Notes under the pieces: generated by a model | What the model was told of the DNA's origin: nothing | Seen by the model: only the letters and a program-made list of their open reading frames with translations | The model's database searches: none | Shown here: piece after piece, positions 17,897 through 26,621 of the stretch | Layout of the letters: each line of letters opens with the position of its first letter | Position numbering within the stretch: position 1 is the first letter of the stretch | Position numbers and translations under genes: made by a program | From: Nostoc sp. PCC 7120 = FACHB-418 | GTDB lineage: Bacteria > Cyanobacteriota > Cyanobacteriia > Cyanobacteriales > Nostocaceae | DNA length: 32,000 nt | Assembly (NCBI RefSeq): GCF_000009705.1 | Contig: NC_003276.1 | Span: 360,001 to 392,000 of the forward strand | Reading direction: 5' to 3'

Positions 17897-18205
17897 TTAA
17901 CTTTCAAAACGTTCATTCCCAATGTGAGCCTGCCACTCCACAACTCTAGCAGAGTCAGCTAACATTCCATCCCGTACACGGGGACTACTGTTGACAATGG
18001 CTTGAGCCGCTTCTAAATTCTCAGCCTGAATTATCCACAGCCCAGTTCCATCGTGGGGAAAAAACGGGCCACAGCACAGAAGTGTTCCTTTCTCTTGCTG
18101 CTCACGAAACCAAGTCAATTGGTCAGGATCATGTTCTGGGTGAGCTTTTTTATACTCATAATATTCGGGAACAGTTGCTACGACAACGGCGAAGAGTTTA
18201 GACAT
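17897..18205 (-). CDS. YciI-family protein
   Basis: The ~100-aa size and the pattern GTLLCCGPF...GLWIIQAENLEAAQAIVNSSP fit YciI-like proteins. Confidence 0.65.
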   Translation of the reverse strand: MSKLFAVVVATVPEYYEYKKAHPEHDPDQLTWFREQQEKGTLLCCGPFFPHDGTGLWIIQAENLEAAQAIVNSSPRVRDGMLADSARVVEWQAHIGNERFES

Positions 18206-18409
18206 ATGTTATTAGATGATTTATATACTTTGTTAATAGTATTTTTAAGCTGCATCCCATTGCAACTTATTTAATGAGAATCTTCTTAATAGTTGTGTTT
18301 CTCATCATTATGAAAATTATGAACTTAAATCTAAATTAGTCCAACCGACTATCGATAACTACCAATATCAGTTAAAGATTAAAGATTGCTAGAATTATTA
18401 AAGGTATTG

Positions 18410-19792
18410 CTAATCTCCATACAATCTAACAATGGGTAAACCTTTTCTGGGAATACTGTTGAGGAATCGCCCTCGGAATGAATCTAATTGATATGAACCA
18501 ATCAAACTTAATATTCCAAATACAACTGGTACGAGAGTTATATTTATATCTGAACCAATTATTATTAATAATAATGATAAAAGTATTAATCCTAGCGTTA
18601 AGTATCGACAAAAATCTTTGACTTTATCTATTAAAACAAGAGACTGGCGGCAACTAGGACAATGCTTTGTATGCCTATGCCAGATATCATATAATTGCTC
18701 ATCACTTAATCCTTGAAAAGGTACTTCCGTAACTCCCTGCCACTCAGGTTTACCACCAGCAAACTCATCTAACCATTTCCGAAAAGTAACAATGCCAGTA
18801 TCAGCAACTGAAGGTAAAAAATATAACTTTTGCCAAGGTTTATTTTCGAGTGATTCGTTAATAGTTTGGGAGTGCATCATCGACAAATCTTGGTTACTTA
18901 ATTTATAACTAGATGAATGATTTAAACCAGTCTGTAAATATGTAGGTAGAGACTGGAACCAAAAATTTCGTTTCTGTGAAGGTATATCCGCAATGAATTT
19001 GCCAATCTGTTTACAATAACCTGGTTTCGTAGGAACAAAATATAATTGAAATATTGCAGATTTGCCGTTGGAATATTTATAAATTGTTGTATTAGAGCAT
19101 GGTGGAGTAAACCTCCGAGTTGCATCCATGTCTTTGTTAAAAACATTGTAGCCAGAGTGCTTTAAAATAAAACCATCTTCCGCCGACATTTTTCCCATGA
19201 CTTCAAAATTTTCTATAGGGATAGCTCTTTGAGGAGAAAATCCAGCGATCCCTTCATGTAGAAATTGTGCGTGAGAAGGATCAAAACTACTTTCAACACA
19301 AACAGTATAACCTACGGGAACTTCTGACATGAACCAATCGCTCATCGAGCTACCAATTGTATCTGGCATCAATGCAGGGGGCTTCAAAGCGCTATCTGCA
19401 AAAGCTGTAGAACTATTGTCTGGCCATACCCATAGTAATCCTTGTAGAACTTGAGTTGGATATGTTGTAACTTGCGATCGCTGACTGCTACAAGCATTCA
19501 TTAAAGCTTGCGGATCATTGAGCATAGGAATATTTGTACATTTTCCTGCCCCATCAAAACACCAACCATGATGGCGACACATGAGATTTCCATCTTGATT
19601 AATATTTCCTAAAGACAATTGTGCCAATTTATGAGGGCAAACATCATCCATGACTACCCATGTGTGATCTTTATCTTGCCAAACTACCAACTTCTTCCCA
19701 AGCAAAGTGATAGGTGTAGGGTAAGATGGTTCTAAATAACTGGTGGGAGTTATTGGATACCACTGTTTAATCCAAGAGAAATTAGTTGTCAT
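18410..19792 (-). CDS. Rieske [2Fe-2S] oxygenase of the PaO/Tic55 family
   Basis: It has the Rieske motif CPHKLAQLS...CRHHGWCF, a C-terminal CPSC motif and a hydrophobic tail. Confidence 0.8.
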   Translation of the reverse strand: MTTNFSWIKQWYPITPTSYLEPSYPTPITLLGKKLVVWQDKDHTWVVMDDVCPHKLAQLSLGNINQDGNLMCRHHGWCFDGAGKCTNIPMLNDPQALMNACSSQRSQVTTYPTQVLQGLLWVWPDNSSTAFADSALKPPALMPDTIGSSMSDWFMSEVPVGYTVCVESSFDPSHAQFLHEGIAGFSPQRAIPIENFEVMGKMSAEDGFILKHSGYNVFNKDMDATRRFTPPCSNTTIYKYSNGKSAIFQLYFVPTKPGYCKQIGKFIADIPSQKRNFWFQSLPTYLQTGLNHSSSYKLSNQDLSMMHSQTINESLENKPWQKLYFLPSVADTGIVTFRKWLDEFAGGKPEWQGVTEVPFQGLSDEQLYDIWHRHTKHCPSCRQSLVLIDKVKDFCRYLTLGLILLSLLLIIIGSDINITLVPVVFGILSLIGSYQLDSFRGRFLNSIPRKGLPIVRLYGD

Positions 19793-20138
19793 TAACTTAA
19801 ACTAAGATATTTAAAATTTTCAGTAGTGTTAAAAACACCTTTAGAGAGTGCTAAGTTTCCTTATAATAGGACGAAATGATAAATATTGCAGACATTAATA
19901 TACTTTTAGACATCAAAGATTCTTTATTAAAAACTAGAATAGTTACTATAAATCAGTAAAATGCTGTTTATCTGTATTAATTTAGACTAAAAACTTTATA
20001 ATACTTTAAGAATATTTGACTGGCTTACAAAATGGTGTGTTTTTTCCTTACTGTTATGTATAGTATTTAACCGAATTAAGAGCTATTTTCCTTGCCATAG
20101 CAATCATCAGCTAAAGTAAAAAGATAGTAAAAATTTCT

Positions 20139-20605
20139 GGTTCTTCCGGTAGTTTTATGGTGTTTATTAGAATTGACTTGATTTTAATAACTTATAATTT
20201 AGTGATATCAATGCCTATAAGATAGATTACATAGGCATTTAGTAAATATCAAGCATAGTTAAAGAACTCTAAAATTATCATCTATATTATAATATAGTAA
20301 AGTTTTAGGCGATCGCTATGAAGTTTCCAGTAGAACAAATCCTGAATCTTCCCGATATGAAAGTATTAGATTTTCAAGAACTTGAAGGTGAAGAAATAAT
20401 TATAACGATAGAAAAAAGTGTGAACTATTCGACTTGTCCTTGGTGTGGTCAAATGACTCACAGTATACATCAAAATCACTGGCGAATAATTCATGATTTA
20501 CCGTGGAATAAAAAACCAGTGTTATTAAAAATAAATCGTCGGCAATTTAAATGTCATAAGTGTAAAAAAGTATTTAGCGAACAACTAGACTGTGTAGATA
20601 AAAGT
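20139..20605 (+). mobile_element. Partial ISL3 copy comprising the left inverted repeat plus the first 96 codons of the transposase
   Basis: It matches 20606..21072 at a constant 467-bp offset. I noted one difference, T at 20446 against C at 20913. The track ORF 20318..20692 is a chimera that runs into the next copy's inverted repeat. Confidence 0.85.
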
Positions 20606-22021
20606 GGTTCTTCCGGTAGTTTTATGGTGTTTATTAGAATTGACTTGATTTTAATAACTTATAATTTAGTGATATCAATGCCTATAAGATAGATTACATA
20701 GGCATTTAGTAAATATCAAGCATAGTTAAAGAACTCTAAAATTATCATCTATATTATAATATAGTAAAGTTTTAGGCGATCGCTATGAAGTTTCCAGTAG
20801 AACAAATCCTGAATCTTCCCGATATGAAAGTATTAGATTTTCAAGAACTTGAAGGTGAAGAAATAATTATAACGATAGAAAAAAGTGTGAACTATTCGAC
20901 TTGTCCTTGGTGCGGTCAAATGACTCACAGTATACATCAAAATCACTGGCGAATAATTCATGATTTACCGTGGAATAAAAAACCAGTGTTATTAAAAATA
21001 AATCGTCGGCAATTTAAATGTCATAAGTGTAAAAAAGTATTTAGCGAACAACTAGACTGTGTAGATAAAAGTAAAGGATATACTAAAAGATTAGCGACCG
21101 ACATAGTTCAACAAGTATTAAATAGTAATATCCGGAGTGTTGCCCAAAGAAATGGATTAAGTGATGAAGAAGTAGAATCAATGTTAAAAAAGCAAGTCTC
21201 GCACATATTAAACATTAACCTAAGTCAGGTAAAAAAGTTAGGTATAGATGAAATAGCTTTAGTTAAAGGAAAAGGAAACTACTTAGCAATATTAGTGGAT
21301 TTAGATAGTCATAAACCAATTGAGATAGTGCAATCAAGACGAATAGAAGATATTCGTGAAGTACTTGTCAGTTGGGGAGTTGAGATACTTAATCAAATTG
21401 AAGAAGTGAGCATTGACCTCTGGTTGCCTTATAAAAATTTAGTAGAAGAGTTAATGCCAAATGCTAATATAACTGCTGATAGATTTCATGTAATGAAACA
21501 AGTAAATGACGAATTAGATACTATGCGTAAAGCTGAAAAGAAAGCAGCTATATCGCTAGATAATAAATCAGAAAAAGAGCGAATATTAGAGGCATTGAAT
21601 AAGAGTAAATATGCGATTATTAAAAATGAAGACTCTCTAAATGAAAAGCAAAGAGAAAAATTAAAATCTGTGCAAGAGGTGTCGCCAAATCTCGCCAAAA
21701 TGCACTCACTTAAAGAACAATTTCGAGATATATTTGAAACAACTAAATCCTGGGGAGATAGTATAATAAAACTATTGGATTGGATGTATGATGCACTTTC
21801 ATATTTCCCGAAAAGTATAGGTACAATAGTTAGATGGTTTGGTGAAATAGTCGGTTATTTTGACGGAAGAACCACAAGTGGTGCTGTAGAAGGAATTAAT
21901 AATAAACTCAAGTTAATTAAAAGACTTGGATATGGCTTTCGTAACTTTACCAATTTCAGATTACGCAGTTTGTTAAACTGGCATTTTACTATTAATTCTC
22001 CATAAAATTAACTGAAGAACC
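20606..22021 (+). mobile_element. Complete ISL3-family insertion sequence (1416 bp)
   Basis: The left inverted repeat is GGTTCTTCCGGTAGTTTTATGGTG. The right inverted repeat, as reverse complement, is GGTTCTTCAGTTAATTTTATGGAG. It contains a single transposase ORF. Confidence 0.85.
20785..22005 (+). CDS. ISL3 family transposase
   Basis: It has an N-terminal zinc-ribbon (CPWCG...CHKC) and the characteristic C-terminal TSGAVEGINNKLKLIKRLGYGFRNFTNFRLR. Confidence 0.9.
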   Translation: MKFPVEQILNLPDMKVLDFQELEGEEIIITIEKSVNYSTCPWCGQMTHSIHQNHWRIIHDLPWNKKPVLLKINRRQFKCHKCKKVFSEQLDCVDKSKGYTKRLATDIVQQVLNSNIRSVAQRNGLSDEEVESMLKKQVSHILNINLSQVKKLGIDEIALVKGKGNYLAILVDLDSHKPIEIVQSRRIEDIREVLVSWGVEILNQIEEVSIDLWLPYKNLVEELMPNANITADRFHVMKQVNDELDTMRKAEKKAAISLDNKSEKERILEALNKSKYAIIKNEDSLNEKQREKLKSVQEVSPNLAKMHSLKEQFRDIFETTKSWGDSIIKLLDWMYDALSYFPKSIGTIVRWFGEIVGYFDGRTTSGAVEGINNKLKLIKRLGYGFRNFTNFRLRSLLNWHFTINSP

Positions 22022-22027
22022 AACTTT

Positions 22028-22172
22028 GGCTCTTCAGTTCCTTTTATGGAGTCGAATAAGAAATAAAATCTAATCAGAGCCTATATTCCTTAGTAGGACT
22101 GGAGTTGAAGTTCTTAAGCCTTGCTATAAAACGGCTATTTCAATGCCACACCATAAAACCAACGCAAGAGCC
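22028..22172 (-). mobile_element. 145-bp ISL3-related MITE (copy B), inverted relative to copy A
   Basis: By eye, its reverse complement is identical to 14043..14187. It starts 6 bp after the IS right inverted repeat. Confidence 0.85.
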
Positions 22173-22208
22173 AAAACTTTTATTAATTTTAGTCCTCAAA
22201 AGTCGAGC

Positions 22209-22718
22209 TTAATTTGCATAAAACATCTGCACAAGTTTAATCAAGTCACTTTTTGCAGGTTCACCTTTATTCAACCATTCTATTAATTCAGAAGGATATA
22301 ACCAAAAACTTTCAATAAAATCATTCTGATTGTAATCTGGTTCATAATCTAATCTAATTTCATAAACTTTCATAAAAGCAGAAACTTGATATTTATATGG
22401 TGTTAAATAACCCAATAACTGCGTATTAACCATGTTTAAATCTAGGTTTAATTCTTCTTCGAGTTCACGTTGCAGAGCATCTTCGTAAGTTTCTCCACTT
22501 TCCACATGACCACCCATGCTGACATCAAGACAAAGGGGAAAAATTCGTTTTTGGGCAGAACGGCGAGGTATCCAAAGTTTTCCAAGTGAATTAACTACAA
22601 AAGAATTGACAACTCTAAAATTGCACAACCCTTGACTATATATTTCTGAGCGTTTCTTTTGTCCGATAACGCAATCACTTTCATCTACAATGTCAAGTAT
22701 CTCTAAATCTTGCATCAT
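22209..22718 (-). CDS. NUDIX hydrolase
   Basis: The Nudix box is GGHVESGETYEDALQRELEEELN. ATG 22718 (MMQDLEIL) is preferred, because the longer track N-terminus runs into a repeat-rich region. Confidence 0.8.
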   Translation of the reverse strand: MMQDLEILDIVDESDCVIGQKKRSEIYSQGLCNFRVVNSFVVNSLGKLWIPRRSAQKRIFPLCLDVSMGGHVESGETYEDALQRELEEELNLDLNMVNTQLLGYLTPYKYQVSAFMKVYEIRLDYEPDYNQNDFIESFWLYPSELIEWLNKGEPAKSDLIKLVQMFYAN

Positions 22719-22897
22719 ACAGATAAAATTAACACTTATTAAATAATATACAGGTCGTAGAGGGCTAGGGGTGTTCCTTCTTTGTTCGCTCTTTTCCTCT
22801 GGTGCGGACGCTACGCGTTTGCGTAGCATCCCGAAGGGAACGCTTGATTTAGGCGATCGCTAAACGGCTGTTATCGCTGCTCTCTACCACTTTACCA

Positions 22898-23005
22898 ATG
22901 AATAATGACGTTGTAATTTTTCTTATCAGTGCTGGACTGCTGATTATGTATCTAGTGTTCTCGGCATTAACCGAGATGGGTACAAAGTTACCGTGGAAAA
23001 AGTAA
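22898..23005 (+). CDS. Possible 35-aa single-pass membrane peptide
   Basis: Manual translation gives MNNDVVIFLISAGLLIMYLVFSALTEMGTKLPWKK, a hydrophobic core with a basic C-terminus. There is no obvious ribosome-binding site and no family assignment. Confidence 0.25.
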   Translation: MNNDVVIFLISAGLLIMYLVFSALTEMGTKLPWKK

Positions 23006-23160
23006 AGGGTGATAAGGTGGGATCGCTTGTGCATTTTCCTCTAAGAAAAAGTTGAAATTACACCTCCATCTTCAAAGGTTCTGGTAATTTGGCAATCACA
23101 AGATGGGATAATCTATTTCCTGGTGTTCCCTTAATGGGCAAAACATAGTGTTGGGTGATA

Positions 23161-23961
23161 ATGCAAAAACTCCTTTTTCATGACAGAACTAGCTTTAGAG
23201 CGCAAGCCCTATTCCTTGGTAAGAAGATTAACCTACAAAGATTGGAGAATTACGTTTGCTTGGCGACTATGCCATTAATGGTTACAGTAGGTGAATATGG
23301 CTGTGCAGTGCTGCTAGGCTATGGTGCAGTTGTTCTGTTTAACCTTGAGCCTGCGGAAAAGGTAGGCTTTTTAACCCAACTATCCTCTCAAGTTAGTGAT
23401 TCTTTCACTGAGCCGGAAACAGAAGAGGTAGAAGTTCATCTCAATGTTGCCGAAAGTGAGCGAGTTAAGGAAGGAAAAATTTTCTTACATGAATTTAGTG
23501 TAGAACGTTTGCAGATAGTGGCTGATATTCTGGCTAAAAGTGTTGTTCTTTCTCATTATGAAACGAGCCTAGCAACGGTATTTGATCAAATTGAACCGTT
23601 TGCAGCTAGTCTCCAGAGTGACAACAGAAGTAAACGCAAGAGTCGGGAATTATTGCGTCAACTAGGGACTACGTTGTTAGTTCAACATAAGATAGTGGGT
23701 CGAGTCGAGATTATCGATAAGCCGGAGTTGCTGTGGGAGTCCCCACAGTTAGAAAACTTATATTTGCGTTTGGAGGATGAATACGAAATCCGTGAGCGTC
23801 ACAATGCTTTGGAACGAAAACTAGAGCTAATTTCCCAAACCGCACAAACCGTGTTGGAGTTCATGCAGCATAGCAGTAGCCAACGAGTAGAGTGGTATGT
23901 GGTAATTCTGATTGTGGTGGAGATTCTGCTGTCGCTGTACGACATCATTTTTAAAAGCTAA
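23161..23961 (+). CDS. RMD1/DUF155 family protein
   Basis: It has the DUF155-like core (EYGCAVLLGYGAVVLFN) and a C-terminal transmembrane helix. The ATG at 23161 is preferred over the GTG at 23155. Confidence 0.65.
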   Translation: MQKLLFHDRTSFRAQALFLGKKINLQRLENYVCLATMPLMVTVGEYGCAVLLGYGAVVLFNLEPAEKVGFLTQLSSQVSDSFTEPETEEVEVHLNVAESERVKEGKIFLHEFSVERLQIVADILAKSVVLSHYETSLATVFDQIEPFAASLQSDNRSKRKSRELLRQLGTTLLVQHKIVGRVEIIDKPELLWESPQLENLYLRLEDEYEIRERHNALERKLELISQTAQTVLEFMQHSSSQRVEWYVVILIVVEILLSLYDIIFKS

Positions 23962-24850
23962 CGCTTAGTGCTGCCTCCAAACGGCGGGTAAATTGGGAGG
24001 AGCGTTGGTGTAGCCCACCGCAGGTATCGCAAGTCATAATCAACTGGTCAATTGCCCGTGTCATGGCCACATACAGTAATCGCGCTTCTTCTTCTGGTGT
24101 GTGGTATTCATCAGGCATATAACCAATGCCAGGGATGCAAACCACAGGAAACTCTAACCCTTTAGATGAGTGCATGGTTATAAGTTTAATGCTTGGCTCG
24201 TCTGGGTGATAGTTGCGGCTTTCGCTATTGGCATTAACCCACTCGATGGGGATTTTGGCTTGTTGGAAGCGGTTATAGATGTCTTCGCCCATGAATCTCA
24301 GGCGATAAATAATGGCTATTTCATTCCAATCTGTACCACGCTCATGCAATTGTTGCACCCGTCCGGCTAAATAATCTACCTCATGTTTAAAACTGGGGAG
24401 TTTGATTAAATCTGGTTTTGCTCCTTGTCTTCCAGCACTAGCGGGTTCTATCAATACCACTTGGTCATCATCCCCGGTGGTGAGTTGCATTACTTCTTTG
24501 GCAAACTCATAGGCTACCTTTAACACCTGTTCTGTGTTGCGATAGTTGAGTTTAAAAATGGTAGTGCGTCCCTGTGCCTGGATGCCTACGCTCTTAAAGC
24601 TAAATTTCTTGTCGCGCTTTTCTCCGTAAAGGTTTTGGGCATCGTCATACAGAATAAGCAATGAGTTGGTTTCGGGGTTGACCATCTGTGCAATCAACTT
24701 TAACCACTCTGGTTTAAAGTCGTGTCCTTCATCTAGCATGACAGCGCCATAAGTACCAGCAGGTATTAATTTCGCATCAACGGTGGTAGCCCATGCGTCA
24801 GCAAGAAATGCGCTCTTCGAGGTAGAAAGTAGCCATAAAATACAAGCGAG
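23951..24850 (-). pseudogene. UvrD/REP-like superfamily 1 helicase lacking its N-terminus (no Walker A)
   Basis: The open frame starts after the TGA at 24851..24853. It has a motif Ia-like ILWLLSTSKSAF, motif II MLDEGHDF, and the C-terminal TMHSSKGLEFPVV and YVAMTRA. The GST gene occupies the position where the N-terminus should be. Confidence 0.75.
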
Positions 24851-24955
24851 TCAAACGCTACATTACACCCAGTACAAACCACCAGATAGATGAAGATTAG
24901 AGGAACTGATGATACTTTGAGATGAGCAAAAGCAGATAACAAAAAGTAGCTCCCA

Positions 24956-25594
24956 ATGATCATTGTCCATCATCTCAACAACTCGCGCTCGCAGCGTGTG
25001 CTATGGCTACTTGAAGAGTTAGGCATCGAATACGATATCAAGTTTTACGAACGCGACTCCAAGACGATGCTAGCACCAGCATCACTGCGCCAAGTCCATC
25101 CGCTCGGCAAGTCACCAGTGATTACAGATGCAGAAGTGACTGTTGCTGAGTCCGGCGCTATTATCGAATACATAGTAGAGCGCTACGGCAATGGTCAGTT
25201 AATCCCAAAATCCGGTACGCCAGAGCGTCTGCGCTACACCTATTGGCTTCATTACGCCGAAGGTTCGGCAATGCCACCTCTGGTAATGAACCTTATATTT
25301 AACCGCTTTGGGGCAGGGGATAGCGGGGCAAACGACGCATTTATCGCGCCCCAAATCGAGCTTCACTTTGATTACATAGAAGCTGAACTTGGTAAGAGTA
25401 CGTGGTTTGTAGGCTCAGAATTTACCGCCGCCGATATCCAAATGAGCTTTCCTTTGGAATTGGTTGTCCTGCAAGCCGAACTTATCTCAAGCCGACCAAA
25501 GATTCAGGAATTTATCGAACGCATCCATGCGCGACCTGCCTACAAACGCGCCCTTGAACGTGGAGGCAAATACGACTACGCCAACAGCATTTAA
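24956..25594 (+). CDS. Glutathione S-transferase
   Basis: The N-terminal thioredoxin-like motif is HHLNNSRSQRVLWLLEELGIEY, with ..GKSPVI..ESGAIIEYI following. Confidence 0.85.
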   Translation: MIIVHHLNNSRSQRVLWLLEELGIEYDIKFYERDSKTMLAPASLRQVHPLGKSPVITDAEVTVAESGAIIEYIVERYGNGQLIPKSGTPERLRYTYWLHYAEGSAMPPLVMNLIFNRFGAGDSGANDAFIAPQIELHFDYIEAELGKSTWFVGSEFTAADIQMSFPLELVVLQAELISSRPKIQEFIERIHARPAYKRALERGGKYDYANSI

Positions 25595-25753
25595 TAATGC
25601 TCATACAAGAGCGATATCTACGATAAGCTCCGCTAACGCCCCCATAAAATACAAGCGAACGCGAGTAGTGTCTCACAGAGAGGAAAAACCAAACCGTAAG
25701 CGATCGCGTTGTTCCCTGGTGAAATTTAGTTTCTAGGCGATGTCTACGACGGG

Positions 25754-26128
25754 CTACGCCAACGCCGTTGATTCTGATAACAATCCCGACATATCCAAAA
25801 CACGCTGTGACCACAAGCTCACTTCAGTTTGAACCTGGGTTAAAGCTGTAGAATCAGACCTGATTTTTTCCCAGTTAAATAGCCAACGTGTTAAAGCCCG
25901 TCCCAATTCTACTATCTGGGCTGCTTGGTCAACATCTGTCTGCACCATGTTAGGAACAGTCCACTCAATAAAATACAAACTTTCTTTTAAAAGACTGGCT
26001 ACTACATCTTGAGGTGTTACATCGTCACAAAAAGATTTAATTCGGGCTAAATTTGTAGCTAAGTGACCCAAGCGAGTGGGGATATTATATTGCAGGAAGC
26101 GTTCTTGTTTTTGATTCCAGTCAGTCAT
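25754..26128 (-). CDS. Hypothetical protein (124 aa), translationally coupled to the upstream DUF5674-like gene
   Basis: Its ATG overlaps the stop of the upstream reading frame (ATGA at 26125..26128). No family is recognised. The 3' end runs into a dispersed repeat. Confidence 0.55.
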   Translation of the reverse strand: MTDWNQKQERFLQYNIPTRLGHLATNLARIKSFCDDVTPQDVVASLLKESLYFIEWTVPNMVQTDVDQAAQIVELGRALTRWLFNWEKIRSDSTALTQVQTEVSLWSQRVLDMSGLLSESTALA

Positions 26129-26459
26129 ACATTACCTAACAACTCTTCAATAATTTGGGCAACTTGTTCTCTAATGGTAGCGTCAAGTATCTCCATTGAA
26201 CGATTACCTTGACTGGGGCGAATGTTGATTAGTGAATCATAGCTGATTTTTTGAGTAATAGGCATAAAACCTGCTCCCCAGATATTTTTTGAGAGCTTCC
26301 ATCCTCAAGCAACGCTTGTTCACAAAAGTAGTGCATTTCACCACCACCAGCCAAGATACGGCGTTCTATATCAACTGCCAGTTTAATATAAAACTTCTCC
26401 TCCTCAAGCATCTGTTCTATTTGTTCGGGAGTAGCCCGATTACGTATGATAATAATCAA
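26125..26459 (-). pseudogene. DUF5674-like protein with a 1-nt frameshift at an A6 run
   Basis: The N-terminal part is IIIRNRATPEQIEQMLEE..YIKLAVDIERRILAGGGEMHYFCEQALLEDGSSQK. The C-terminal part, NIWGAGFMPITQKISYDSLINIRPSQGNRSMEILDATIREQVAQIIEELLGNV, lies in the adjacent frame. The shift is at the T6 run, plus-strand 26285..26290. Confidence 0.65.
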
Positions 26460-26621
26460 GAGTTTTTACTATTATTTAATGTTAGCTAATTAGGGGTTAT
26501 ATACCTTCAATATGACTATTTTAAACCATATTTAAATCATAAATTAAACACTTTATTCATCGCACCTCATTTCAGGGTAAACTAGCTGTGGCTTGATTTT
26601 TTTGACGCTGATTGAGAAATT

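Noticed and set aside
22740-22860. The N-terminal extension of the NUDIX ORF, and the palindrome GCTACGCGTTTGCGTAGC, as a functional element
   Set aside because: The extension has repeat-derived, low-complexity sequence and precedes a good internal ATG ATG start. The palindrome looks like one of the dispersed short repeats also seen near 9394, 25740 and 30229.
25464-25814. The overlapping track ORFs 25464..25736 (+) and 25512..25814 (-)
   Set aside because: They run antisense to or beyond the GST 3' end and across dispersed GC-rich Nostoc-type repeats (for example GGCGATGTCTACGACGGGCTACGCC). Their Arg-rich, low-complexity translations are typical repeat artefacts.
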